Source: Torpedo marmorata (lineage: Eukaryota). Taken from it: a stretch of DNA of 64,000 nt. Where the stretch lies: assembly GCA_977017645.1 (NCBI GenBank), contig OZ360230.1, forward strand, positions 39,122,001 through 39,186,000. Reading direction: 5' to 3'. The notes under the pieces are model-generated. The model had not been told where the DNA came from. It did no database searches and saw only the letters and a program-made list of their open reading frames with translations. Positions 49,767-62,699 of this stretch are shown here, in pieces; within the stretch, counting starts at the first letter, position 1, and every line of letters starts with the position of its first letter. A program made the position numbers and the translations under genes.

Positions 49767-50888
49767 TTAGAAACATTTTCTGTGCACGATGTTCGCCCCC
49801 ACTTCCTTGTACTCATGGGCAGTGACCCACATCTGCTGGAAAGCCGAGAGTGAGGAGAAGATTGAGCCTCCCATCCACACGGAGTGTTTCCTCTCGGTCG
49901 GAGCGCACACCTTGACAGGGGTACCGGTTGGGGCCATTTTAGTCATCTCCTTCAGCATCCTCTCGTCCATCCCCGGGAACAAGCTGGAACCTCCGGCCAG
50001 AATCACGTTGGCGTAGAAATCTCTCCTCAGGTCGATGTCACACTTCATGATGGTGTTGAAGCAGAGCTTATCGATGCCGGGAGCTTCGATGCCGATGTTG
50101 GCCGGGAGGAAGAGGGTCTCGGGGCAGCGGAACCTTTGGTTTTGGATCTTGATGATCTGACCATCCGGCAGCTTGTAATCTTTCTCCACGTCGCAAGCTT
50201 TCTGACATATCTCGGTTTGCAAGTCCAGGGCCACGTAGCACAGCCTTTCTTTGATGTCCCTCGCGATCTCCTTCTCCGCCGTGCTGACGAACGAGACCCC
50301 ACTCTCGGTCAGGATCCTAGCCAGGTACTCGGTGAGAACCCTTCCTCCCAGCTCCAGTCTCAGCACGGCGTGGGGCAGGCAGTAGCCCTCGAAGATGGGC
50401 ACGGTGTGGGTCACTCCGTCTCCGCTGTCCATCACGCACCCGGTGATCCTGCCTGAAGCATAAAGAGCCAGCACGGCTTGGATAGCCACGTACATGGCCG
50501 GGACATCGAACCCCTCGAAGAGGATCTGGCACATCTTCTCTCTGTTGGCCAGGGGATTCAGGGGAGCCTCGGTCAGCAGAGCCGGCCTCTCGTTCGGCTT
50601 GATTTTCAAATCGTGGTCGTACACGTACCTCCAGATCTTCTCCATGTCATCCCAAGAGGTGACTATACCGTGTTCCACTGGGTATTTGATGGACAACACC
50701 CCTCGCTTAACTTGGGCTTCCTCACCAATGTAGAAATCCTTCTGGCCGGCTCCTATGATGAGTGCTTTCTGCCGAGGCTTGCCGATCATGTTGTGGAAGA
50801 CCGAACGAGGTTCCATGTCTCCTGAGAAGCCGGCTTTGATCAGACCTGAGCCATTGTCAATAACCACGCCGGGCTGCAGATCTACCAT
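49767..50888 (-). CDS. Intronless divergent actin / actin-like protein (373 aa)
   Basis: Open ORF from ATG 50888: [62 protein letters not shown]-stop. Minus-strand AATAAA at 49721-26 and 49728-33. Confidence 0.95.
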   Translation of the reverse strand: MVDLQPGVVIDNGSGLIKAGFSGDMEPRSVFHNMIGKPRQKALIIGAGQKDFYIGEEAQVKRGVLSIKYPVEHGIVTSWDDMEKIWRYVYDHDLKIKPNERPALLTEAPLNPLANREKMCQILFEGFDVPAMYVAIQAVLALYASGRITGCVMDSGDGVTHTVPIFEGYCLPHAVLRLELGGRVLTEYLARILTESGVSFVSTAEKEIARDIKERLCYVALDLQTEICQKACDVEKDYKLPDGQIIKIQNQRFRCPETLFLPANIGIEAPGIDKLCFNTIMKCDIDLRRDFYANVILAGGSSLFPGMDERMLKEMTKMAPTGTPVKVCAPTERKHSVWMGGSIFSSLSAFQQMWVTAHEYKEVGANIVHRKCF

Positions 50889-51829
50889 CCTTGCCTGGGC
50901 CCGGGATGTAGCCAACGCACCTGCCACACACTAACAAAATTGCACCAAAGATATACTTTCCAACGCTGCTTCAATCGCAATGAACTGACTCCCCCCACCC
51001 AACCTCCCCCCCCCCCCCCCGGAGCCCTTGCTTTAAAATGTCTATGAGGTTTCTCCCGTCCAATTGTGACAGTTTGGAAGAATTATGAAGACATAATCAT
51101 TGGTGGTAACCGCTGCGTCAGCTAGCAACCTCTGGCCAACCACTCAGCTCGGTCACTTTAGTAGAAGTCTCTAGCCCCTTTTACTGGATAACAATGAAGC
51201 GCAGAGCTTCGGGTCGGGACACTCTATCGAGGATCCCGACTCGAAATATTTACTGATCCACGGTTCCTGTTTGACCTGCTGAGTTCCCCCGGCAGCTCAT
51301 TGTTTGCTCAAGATTCCAGCATCTTCAGCGTTCGTGTTTCTCTACAATGAAACACACACCTGAAGTGAGGTCAATCCAACCTCATGGCAGCTCTCCAATG
51401 ATAAATGTAAAAGGTGCACACATTTAATACCTTTTCAACCTTTGTGTCTTATCTGAAATCGAATACATGCCCAGATAAATTATTACAATGTTAATTAATA
51501 CTGCGTTCTCCAGACCAAATTAATTATTTTAGGTAATTAAGGTAAGATACAATTTTATATTTTGATGTTATTCTGCTATCATCACACAATCAATGAACCA
51601 AGTGGTTTTACCTCTTTACCTTGAGCATTTGGCTCAGAGAATTGTTTATTAGTGAGTTCACCCCTAACCTCTCCCAATCTGGATATACAACACACTAGGA
51701 CTCTAATTGTATCTGAGTAGAATTTGTACTGTTTCTTGGGTGGAGACAAATGAACAATTTCCTCTGTTCACATGACTTGCGAAAACAGTTAACTAGGAAA
51801 TTCCTGAAAACTCATTGTTTCAATGGCTT

Positions 51830-52573
51830 CAGCTAGTTGAGTGGTGTCACAACAACCTTGCACTCAATGTTAGCAAAACCAAGGAAATGATTGTGGACTT
51901 CAGGAGGAAATCAGGAGAACACGAACCAAGTCCTCGTTGAGGGGTCAGCAGTGGAGAGGGTCAAGAACTTCAAATTCCTGGGTGACAACATCTCTGAGGA
52001 TCTGTCCTGGAGCCTCCATGTCCATGCAATCACCAAGAAAGCTCGCCAACGGCTATACTTTGTGATGAGTTTGAAAAGATGTGGTATGTCACCAAAGACT
52101 ATCGGAATCTTCTACAGGTGTACCGTGGAGAGCATTCTGGCTAGTTGCATCATTGCCTGGTATGGAAGTGCCAACACTCAGGACAAGAAAAAACTCCAGA
52201 GGGTTTTTAACTCGGCCTGCGGCATCATGGGCACCAGTCTTCACTCTATCGAGGACATCTACAAGAAAGCAGCCTCTATCCTCAAGGGCCCCCACCACCC
52301 AGGCCATTCCTCTTCACTCTGCTACCATCGGGAAAAAGGTACAGGAGCCTGAAGACGAGCACTCAACGGCAGAAGGACAGCTTCTTCCCCGCTACCATCA
52401 GATTCCTGAATGACCAATGAACCAAAGACTCTGCCTGACTTTGTCTTTTTCTTTTTCTTGCACTATTTTTATTTATTTTGTAAGGTGGTTTATATAAATG
52501 TTTGCACTGTGATGCGGCCACAAAGCAATGTATTTTGTGACATGTTCATGACAATAAATTCTGATTCTGATTC
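51830..52573 (+). mobile_element. Rex1/Babar LINE 3' part
   Basis: [18 protein letters not shown]; (TTCTGA)n tail. Confidence 0.88.
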
Positions 52574-52959
52574 TGTAGTTCATTTCATTATTATGCCGTC
52601 ATTTCACTTAGTAACATTTCCAAAGCTGTACTCCGAAACATCATGAAAGAAAAAAATTGCCAGCAACACTGATGAGACAGATAACTCAAAGGTGGATCAA
52701 AGGTTCCGAGTTTGGCTGTGGGATGTGGGATTGCAGATAGTGGGGCACTAACATATAGGGATGTGAAAGAGGCCAGGATTATAGTCAGGAGTTCTTGATG
52801 TTTGGTAGAGGTGTAGCAGTCTATAGAACTGGAGGACTCAGGATAAGAAAGAATTTGAAAACAAAGGTGAGAATCTTAAGATTACTGGACCAGTGTAGGT
52901 GAGTGAGTGGAGGAAAGGGTGACTGAGAAGAAGACTTTGGCTGTGTTAGGGAACAAGTA

Positions 52960-53595
52960 ACAGGGCTGTGGAATCAGTGTTGGGTCCACTGTTATTTATT
53001 ATTTACACAAACAATTTGGATGAGAATGTACGTGGCATGGTTAGTACGTTTGAGGATGACATTAAAATTGGTGATAGAGTGGGCAATGAGGAAGATTATC
53101 TGAGATTACAATGGGATCTTGATCAACTGAGTCCATGGGCCGAAGAATGGCGATGGAGTTTAATTTGGATAAGTGCAAAGTTTTGTTTATTGGTGAGAAC
53201 CCCATGGAAGAGCTCTGTGGATTGTAGTAGAATAAAAAAAAGACCTAGGGCCACAGGTACATAATTCCCAGAAAGTAACGAGACAGGTAGACAGAGTGGT
53301 GAAGAAGATGTTTGTCACACTTGTCTTCATTGGTCAGGTTACAGTTTACAAGAAGCTGGTAAAGTCATATTTAGAATACCATGTGCATTTCTGGTCACCT
53401 TGTTAATAGAAGGATGTCATAAATTGGAAAGAGCGCAAGGGTGTAATGGGGACTGGAGAGCTTGAGTTATAAGCAGAGGGTGGATAGGCTGGGACTTTTC
53501 TCCCTAGAGCATAGGAGGCCTAAGGAGAACCTTAAAAGGGTATACAAAATCATCAGAGGCATAGGGAAAGTGAATAGTCACAGTCTTTTCTGCAG
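52960..53595 (+). mobile_element. Degenerate CR1 RT fragment
   Basis: SVLGPLLFIIYTNNLD..FEDDIKIG. Confidence 0.75.
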
Positions 53596-53769
53596 ATCAA
53601 GATTCAGATTCAGATTTATTGTCAGAGTACATACATGATATCACATACAACCCTGAGATTCTTTTTTCCTGCAGGTGAGGCAGAATTACCACTTATTGGC
53701 AGTGCAAAAAAAGAACTGTCTCAACATACACATGTAAACAAATAAATGTAAACAAACTGATTGCGCAAT

Positions 53770-56031
53770 ACATGAACAAGTCACGAAATTCGGTGTTTTG
53801 CGGCGGCATCATAGTGAAAACATTCATATAAACCACCTTACAACAATAAATTAAAAAAATAGTGCACGAAAAGTAAGGCAGTGTCTTTGGTTCATTGATT
53901 ATTCATGAATCTGATGGCAGAGGGGAAGAAGCTGTCCTTGTGCTGTTGAGTGCTCCTCTTTAGGCTCCTGTACCTTTTTCCCGAGGGTAGCAGAGTGAAG
54001 AGGGCATGGCCTGGGTGGTGGGGGTCTTTGAGGATAGAGGCTGCTTTTTTAAGACACCGCCTCTTGTAGATGTCTTCGATGGAGTGAAGTCTGGTGCCTG
54101 TGATGTCACAGGCCGAGTTAACAACCCTCTGGAGTTTTTTCTTGTCCTGAGAGTTGGCACCTCCATACCAGACAGTGATGCAACTAGCCAGAATGCTCTC
54201 CACGGTACACCTGTAGAAGTTTTCGAGAGTCTTCGGTATGTTACAAATTCAAACCAGCGATGACAGAAGACGCAATGCAAAAGGGGTAAAATTGAAATTT
54301 TATATTTATTAAAGACAATTAAACATATAATTTCACAACAATTAACCCCACTATAAACATCTATAAACACTATTCTTATCTAAAGAGTGTGTGTGTATAA
54401 AGCCCAGACCATTACAGTCTGTGCCCAACCCTCATGTAAAAATGGAAAACTTTCCCCAAAACCCCCAGGTCAGTCATAAAATAAGTCAGTCCCAAAAATA
54501 CAGTCCACAAAAATTCACTCTCTATATTCAGGGTCCAAATTCAGCTCTGTGTGCTGGCAAAAAGGACTTCTTAATGAATGTTGGAGAGAGACAATGACTG
54601 TTTAAGCTTACGAATGCTTGGCCTGCTTTTCTTCTCTGATGACTTTCCCTTTTGGTAGATTCACGAGGATTGCAACTCCAAATCCGTTTTGGATTGAGGC
54701 GTGTACTTGGATCTCACAGCCTGTCTCGCTGATCTCATGCCTGTTCTCCACAAAAGTTGTTTTAACTCAGGATTTTGCTGATACAGGATGCCATGTGCTA
54801 TTCTCACAGCCTTTTCCCCTGGGATGCACAAGCCTGGATTTTGCTGTGTTCTCCAGCCTTTGCAACTCCAAAACGGAATGCTTTTTGCAGAGGTTTGCAC
54901 CTGCATTTGCAAAAGTGCAACAAAGTATCTCTCCACAGTCTGTCTCTCTCTGGTGTCTCTCTCTCTGTGAGTACAGCAAGTCCTGGGCAAGTTAACTCTT
55001 TCAGTACCAGGTTCCAGTGTGTACTCCAAAAGACTTCATCCTTTCTGCTGACCGTCCGCAGTCCAAATGGTCAGTCATGGTCCATAGCAGGTGACATACC
55101 AATCTCCTCAAACACCTCACATAGTATAGCCACTGGCGAGCCTTCTTCATGATTTCATCGACATGGAGGCTCTAGGACAGATCCTTGGAGATGTTAACAC
55201 CCAGGAATTTGAAGTTCTTGACCCTCTCCTCTACTAAGCCCTTGATGAGGACTGGGTCATGTACCCCTGACTTCCTCCTGAAGTCCACAATCATCTCCTT
55301 GGTTTTGCTAATGTTGAGCGCAAGGTTGTTGGCGTGATACCATTCAACGAGCTGATCTATCTCCCTCCTGTACGCTTCCTCATTGCCGTTTGTGATTGTG
55401 CAGACAACTGTGGTGTCATCGGCAAATTTGTAAATAGCATTGGAATTGTGCCTGGCCACACAGTCATGGGTGTATAATGAGTAGAGCAGTGGGCTAAGCA
55501 CGCATCCTTGAGGTGCGCCTGGGGTGATAATCAGTGAGGAGGAGACGTTGTTTCCAGTTCGTACTGACTGTGGTCTTCCGATGAGGAAGTCAAGGATCCA
55601 GTTGCAGAGGGGGGTGCAGAGGCCCAGAGTTTGTTGCTTCTTGACCAGCACTGAGGGAATAATGGTGTTGAAGGCTGAGCTGTAGTCGATGAAGAGCAGC
55701 CGTATGTATGAGTTGCTGTTTTCGAGGTGATCCAGAGCTGAGTGGAGAGCCAGCGATATTGCATCTGCTGTGGAGCGATTGTGATGATAGGCGAATTGCA
55801 GTGGGTCCAGACCTTTGCTTAGGTATGTGTTAATTCTGGCCATGACCAGCCTCTCAAAGCATTTCATCACAGTAGAAGTTAGTGCTACTGGGCGATAGTC
55901 GTTGAGGCAGCTCGCACTGCTCTTCTTGGGCACCGGGATGATTGATGCCCTTTTGAAGCAAGTGGGAACCTTTGACTGCAGCAATGAGAGGTTGAAAATG
56001 TCCGTGAACACTCCGGCATGTTGGTTGGCGC
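53770..56031 (-). mobile_element. Rex1/Babar LINE interrupted by a solo LTR
   Basis: RT ORF 55172-56011 and C-terminal ORF 53892-54203. Confidence 0.92.
54239..55089. mobile_element. Solo LTR
   Basis: TGTTAC...GCA; 4-bp TSD GGTA/GGTG splitting the Rex sequence CTTCGGTGACATACC. Confidence 0.75.
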
Positions 56032-58099
56032 AGGGTCGGCGTCATGGGGCGGGGGCATTTGCGGGCCATGCCCCCCCCCAAATGAGTTATTGTGCCCACC
56101 CCCCCAATTTGTTTTTCATACTTCTGCAGAGCAATTTGCTGATGTGGGGCTATGATCGAAGCGTTGCTTTTGCATCGCACGAGCTTCTTCAATTTAACAT
56201 ATATAAAAAGTCATTTTGATGCAATATGAATCCACGATAACAGCCATCGCTTCCCCTCCTCATCGCGTTAATTTAACTGTCTGCTACATCTAACTTGTAG
56301 CTTCCAGAGTTAATTGACCGGCGCAACGCCGGTAAGATGAAAGGAGTCGGACCTCGTGATATTGCGGGCTAGTTTGACATAAAAGGCTGCATTGCAAATA
56401 CTGTGGCAATTCTCTTGTTCGCTGATGGTTCCCCATTTCAGAACTTCTGAGTGAACTTATTTGGTTCCCCTCCTATTCCCACCTGCATTGGTGCCAGGCC
56501 ATTTGGCAAAATAGACATTTGAAAGTTTTGTATGTTGTTTTACTATAAATTGGAAGTTTCATGACCTTTCCTGTCTTGTTGTTTTCTGCTGACATGAAGT
56601 GGAATGGCATGTTTCACGGATACTCCTTCAAAATTCAAACCTGGCGAGCGAACCACGTGTGACAAACAAAAGTGAAAAGGACGATTGCTCTTTCTGCTTT
56701 TTCTTTCAAATGGATGACGCTCCACAGATATTGGCCAGCCATTGTCTCTGATTTGACCTCCAACACTCAACTTGGCCTGTCACATAAACGTCATTGGCTG
56801 GATGATTGAATGGCTCATCTCTTGGAGCCAAAAAATGGGGACATCAAAACTGTTAATAGAATGTTAATAGAATGCCCATCATATGGCCCAATAACAACGC
56901 CCTTATCAAAAAAATGATTGACAATCTTTAGGATAAAGCAGAGTACACAATTGGCATTCTATTCACCATCCTAAACAAAAAATACTCCCACGACTTTAAT
57001 GTGTACCATCTCCAAAATTGAATTGGCCTAAGTTACTTTCTTAGCATCTCCTAAACTCCTAAACCAGAACTTCTACTACCAGTGGGTTCATAGGAAAATC
57101 ACCATTTCCAGATTCACCTCCAGACATGGTAATTAACTGCTGTTAATTCCTTCTTCATTGCTGGATCTAGATGCAGAGTATTCACATTCAACAGTATTGT
57201 GAGTGTACTAAAAGCAGATGATTGCATCAGATTAAAAGAGAGCTTACTATCATCTTCTCAATGTCCACTTGGGTGGTCAATAAATATTAGCCATGCCAGT
57301 GTCACCCACATCCTGAAAAATGAACTGAACAAATGCCACTGTCAAATGAGCCATAACCCTTCATCAAGAATATCAATAATTACCAGTTTGTTGTTTTGAG
57401 TTGGTCAGCCAGTCAGATTGTAATTTCTCTTTAAAGATGCTTTATATAGTAATGTGTATAAATATATAGTCATATAATGGACAGAGTCCCTTAAATAAAA
57501 ACAAAATGATCCTGTGACATTTCTCACAAAACCAAAGGGCTGATGAGCTCTGAATGCTAACATGACTTATGATTTATTTTACCATAAATTCTTTTGTTTC
57601 TATCTGCATCTCAAACTTTGCATGTCGAGTGATTCCAGACTTTATTTGTATTTCTTTCGAATCACCTGTCACAGAGAGCAGTTTGCTATCCTACAAGACA
57701 GTCGCACTGTGCCGGATTCAATTTTGTCTTCAATTTGATGACAGTTGTAAATGGCATATAATATCAGATTACAATGTGAAGATGTTATGGTAATTTTGAA
57801 AAATAGTTCTAATGAAAATATTCAACAATAAATCAGTTTTAAGGACATTACTATAAAATCCTCAGTGACGCCATCAGAGGGGGTGTCACCAAAATGAATC
57901 ACGTGGTTTTGTCTCCACGCGCTATAAGCACGCGCATTTGTCTGAAATGCTGGAGGAAGGGGGAAGTATGATGGCGCAGCGGACGGAGGAGGTCCATGGC
58001 AGGTATGGCATCTGCTCCCCCTCCCCCGCTGAGTGAGTTCTCGAACGGCAGTTTGCGGTTAACCTAATGCCCCCCGATTAGATCTCTTCTGACGCCGAC

Positions 58100-59409
58100 T
58101 CTGGGTTGGCGCAGATTTTCAATACCCTGCCAGGTACGCCGTCAGGGCCTGATGCCTTGCGAGGGTTCACCCTCTTGAATGATGTTCTGACATCGTCCTC
58201 AGAGACAGATATCATAGGGTCCTCAGCCTTTTCAGGGATTCTAGTAGGCACTGTTTGGTTCTCCTTCTCCAAGCGGGCATTGAAGGTGTTCAGCTCATCG
58301 GGTAATAAAGCATCTGAGCCATCTATACTGTTCGCCCTCACTTTGTTGTCTGTAATGGCCTGCATTCCCTGCCATAGCTGGCGTGTATCTGTCTCTGTCT
58401 CTAGCTTCCTCCGGAATTGCCACTTTTCTTCAGAGATGGCCTTCCGCAGGTCGTACCAGGACTTCTTGTAGAGATCTAGATCCCTGGCCTTAAACGCCCT
58501 TGATCTCTCCTTCAGCAGGTTGTGAATCCTCTGATTCATCCAAGGCTTCAGGTTGAGGAACACCCGGTATGTACACGTGGGCACACACTCATCCACACAG
58601 GTCTTGATGAAGTCGGTGACACCTGTTGCATATTCATTCAAGTCTATGGATGAGTTCTTGAATATGTTCCAGTCCACTGATTCAAAGCAGTCCTGCAGAC
58701 ACTCCTCCGCCTCCCTCGACCATACTTTCACCGTCTTCACTACTGGTGCTGTGGTCTTCAGTCTCTGCTTGTATGCCAGGAGTAGAAGAACAGCTAGGTG
58801 ATCAGACTTGCCGGAGTGCAGTCGGTAGGCGTTCTTCATGGTGATGTAGCAGTGGTCGAGTGTGTTGGCTCCCCTGGTCTCGCATGTGACTTGTTGGTGG
58901 TAGTTTGTCAGAGACTTCTTCAGGTTGGCCTGATCAAAGTCCCCTACAATGATCGGGAAGGCATCAGGATGTGCTGTCTCATGTCTGTTTATCACAGTGC
59001 TCAGTCCCTCCAGTGCCAGCCTGACGTTAGCCTGGGGCGGAATGTACACTGCGACCAGGATGATGGCGGTGAACTCCCTCATCAGGTAGAATGGGTGGCA
59101 CTTGATCGCCAGATGTTCCAGGTCAGGGGAGCAGGACTGGGACATAACCGTCACGTCTGTGCACCACGATGAATTGATGATGACACAAATGCTGCCTCCC
59201 CTGGTTTTTCCAGATGTCGGTGTTCGGTCAGCGCGGTGGAGGGTGTAACACTCGGGCTGTAGCGCCGTGTCTGGAATGTCCGTGTTTAACCATGTTTCTG
59301 TAAAGCACATCACACAGCACTCCCTGATGTCTCTCTGATGTTGAAGTCTGGCTTGGAGTTCATCAAGTTTGTTCTCTAAAGAATGTACATTGGCCAGGAG
59401 GATGGCCAA
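58100..59409 (-). mobile_element. Rex1/Babar LINE APE endonuclease and linker
   Basis: LLANVHSLENK, CFTETWL, VYIPPQ, GDF, SDHLAV, KASGPDGVPG. Confidence 0.9.
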
Positions 59410-59411
59410 TC

Positions 59412-59828
59412 AATAAAATGCAAAAGTAAGAGTCCTTAAATAAGTGCCTGATTGAGTTTGTTGTTGAGGAGTCTGATGGTGGAGGGGTATCAGCTGTTCC
59501 TGAACCTGGTGGTGTGTCTTGTGGCACCTATACCTCTTTCCTGATGGTAGCAGTGAGAACAGAGCATGTGCTGGGTGGTGTGGATCCTTGATGACTGCTG
59601 CTGCTCTCCAATGGCAGCGTTCCCTGTAGATGTTCTCGATGGTGGGGAGGGTTTTACCCATGATGTCCTGGTCTGTGTCCACTACATTTTGCAGGGCATT
59701 TTACTCGGGGGTATTGGTGTCCCCATACCAGACCATGATGCAGCCGGTCAGCACACTTTCCACCACACGTCTGTTGAATTTTGCCAGGGTTTCCGATGTC
59801 ATGCCAAACCTCAGCAAACTCCTGAGGG
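59412..59828 (-). mobile_element. Rex-related LINE 3' fragment (same family as 18300)
   Basis: [23 protein letters not shown]. Confidence 0.8.
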
Positions 59829-60744
59829 TCTAAATCTGGAGGGCATAGGTTTAAGGTGAGGGGGGGTGGATTTATACAGAAACTGACAGGCAACCTTTTC
59901 CACACAGAGGATGGTGTTTATATGGAACAAGCTACCAGAGGAAGTGGTAGAGGTGGGTAAGATTACTGTATTTGGTCAGATACATGGATAGAGAAGGTTT
60001 AGAAGGATAAGGGCATGCTGAAAAGACTGGTTCCTCCAGCATTTCAGAGTGTTTTTACTACAATCTCAGCGTCTGCAGACTTTTGTGTTTCACTAAGGGC
60101 AAATAGGACATGCTCAGATGGGCAATTTGGACAGTATTGAAGAGGGGCTAAAAGGACTGTTTCCAAGCTGTACGTCTGTAACTGATAATTTAACATATTA
60201 TACAATGCAATAAAAGTTAAGCACAAAGGAAGTTAAATGCCAAAGAGCTTGTGCTTATTGGATTAGCTTGAAAACGAATTGCCTGCAAATAGGAGACTCA
60301 CTGGATGTACAGGTACTTTACCATTAGATGGAGCTCTTTATCCTTGTGGGTGAGGAGGAAGGATGGTGGCAAGCACATCCCATCAGGTCAGCCCAGTGGA
60401 TACAACGCAGTGAAGACTGGGGAATGCAAGAATGCTTAATTAGGATGTCTGGAAAACATTCTGGATGTTTGAAAAAAAATGTTTTCCTTCCCTCTGAAAT
60501 ATTCACTTACAGGTTCTTAGTTGCTTTGAAATTGAAAAATATTAGGTGCAATGAAAAATTAATGACTCTGCGATGCAGATTTGTAAAATGATCTTTTTCA
60601 GAAGATGAATTGGGGAATGGTTTTATATTTGTTCTTCTGTATTTTATTGGTTTCCACCAGAGGAGTTGATTTCTTTTTTGGATCCTCCTTTAAATTCTGG
60701 TAGTTTACGGGTATCTTGTGCAGTCTCTGGTGACCAAGGATAAT

Positions 60745-60990
60745 TTAATTTTAATTTAATTTAGACATAAGCACGGTCCTTCTGGCCTATTAGCCCGTGC
60801 CGCCCAAATACAACCAATTAACCTACAACCTCCATATGTTTTGAAGGGTGGGAGGAAACCAGAGCACCTGGAAGAAACCCTCGCAGACATGGGGAGAACG
60901 TACAAGCTCCTTACAGACAGCGCTGAATTTGAACCCGGGTCACTGGCGATGTAATAGCGTTGCGCTAACCGCTACACCATCCATGCCGTG
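60745..60990 (-). mobile_element. V-SINE (HE1-like)
   Basis: Homologous to 18545-18795. Confidence 0.82.
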
Positions 60991-61037
60991 AAGCCGTGTC
61001 GAGCCGTGCTAACCGTGAAAAGTTTCAATTCTGGTTT

Positions 61038-61702
61038 TTTGTTTTTTTTTTTGTTTTTTAAAAAAATATTTTATTTAAAATTTTTAAATCACAAAATACA
61101 TAAGGCAAAATATAAAATTATCAAAATACATGTGATACAATTTCTCCCCCCCCAACCACCCTCCCCACCCTAACCCTCCCACCCCCACTAATCTATAAAA
61201 TAAAAGAAAAAAAAAGATAGAATAAGGAGAATGTCAATTTAAAAAAGGACAACTATCAACTAAATCTATTGTGGAAATAAGGTTCGCCAGTCTGATCTGA
61301 TCTTCAAATTCTTAAACCAACCGCTTTTATATATGGGCTCCATGTTTTCAAAAAGAAATGATATTTATTACGTAAATTTTAAGTAATTTTTTCAAGTGGT
61401 ATACATGAACGAAGATCTGCATGCCATCTTTCTAACCCTAAATCTACATCAGATTTCCAAGTAATAGCAATACATTTCTCAGCAACAGCTAGAGCAATTC
61501 TCAAAAACTCTACTTGATACATATTTAATTTTGTCATAATACTAATTCTTTTAATATCTCCGAATAAAAATAACATAGGATCCATTGGGAGTGTAATTCT
61601 TAATACTTTGTCCAAAAACTCCTTAACTTTCAACCAAAAATCAGAAATCTTTGGACAAAACCATGTAGAATGTACAAAAGAACCTTCCTCTCTATTACAT
61701 CT
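61038..61702 (-). mobile_element. L1 3' end with 18-bp TSD
   Basis: TSD AAGTTTCAATTCTGGTTT (61020-37, 61703-20); ORF2 end. Confidence 0.92.
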
Positions 61703-62067
61703 AAGTTTCAATTCTGGTTTGTGGGTTCTGAGGTTCTGATGAGGCCAGTGTGGGACCTGCAGACTCTTCCACAGTCTGGGCAGGAGGTGTCTATTGAGGG
61801 CAAAAATAAATTAATTTGACAGTTGCATTATTTTTAGCTGTAAAATAAACAAATTTATTTCAGGCACATGTGTCTGAGGCAACAGCTTTTAAGTGGCTGG
61901 GGAATTTTGAGAATGTTTATTCTTTCTGCTGCTTATGCAGAGGTTCTGTGAGCTCTTCTACCTGGACCCTGTGTTTCCATTACCACTTGAAGCATTCTCT
62001 CTCCACTTTGAGCAGTCATGAGCTAAAACTTCCGAGAAGTTAGCAACGATGTTGCAATTGAGCACAT

Positions 62068-62699
62068 CCATATATAACCATATAACCATATAACAATTAC
62101 AGCACAGAAACAGGCCAGTTCGGCCCTTCTAGTCCATGCCAAACACGTTCTCGTACCTAGTCCCACTGACCCGCACCCGGCCCATAACCCTCCACACCTC
62201 TCTCGTCCATATACTTATCCAACTTTTCCTTAAACATTAAAATTGAACCTGCATCTACCACTTCGGCCGGAAGCTCGTTCCACACTCCCACCACCCTCTG
62301 AGTGAAGAAATTCCCCCTCATGTTTCCTCTAAACTTTTCCACCTTCAATCTCAATCCATGCCCTTGTGTATGAATCTTCCCCACTCTCAATGGAAATAGT
62401 CTGTCCACGTTGACTCTATCTGTCCCCTTCATAATTTTAAATACCTCTATCAAATCACCCCTCAACCTTCTACGCTCCAGGGAATAAAGTCCCAGCCTGC
62501 TCAACCTTTCCCTGTAACTCAAACCCAGAAACCCAGGCAACATTCTTGTAAATCTCCTCTGCACTCTCTCTATTCTTTTTATATCCTTCCTATAATTCGG
62601 CGCCCAAAACTGCACACAATATTCCAAATTTGGCCTCACCAATGCCTTATACAACTTCAACATGACATCCCAACTCCTGTATTCAATGCTCTGATTTAT
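62068..62699 (-). mobile_element. CR1 LINE 3' part
   Basis: LYKALVRPNLEYCVQFWAP..LERRRLRGDLIEVFK; (TAACCATA)n tail on the plus strand. Confidence 0.9.

Noticed and set aside
50889-50927. N-terminal extension of the actin ORF in the ORF track
   Set aside because: It begins at a non-ATG codon; the ATG at 50888 gives a normal actin length.
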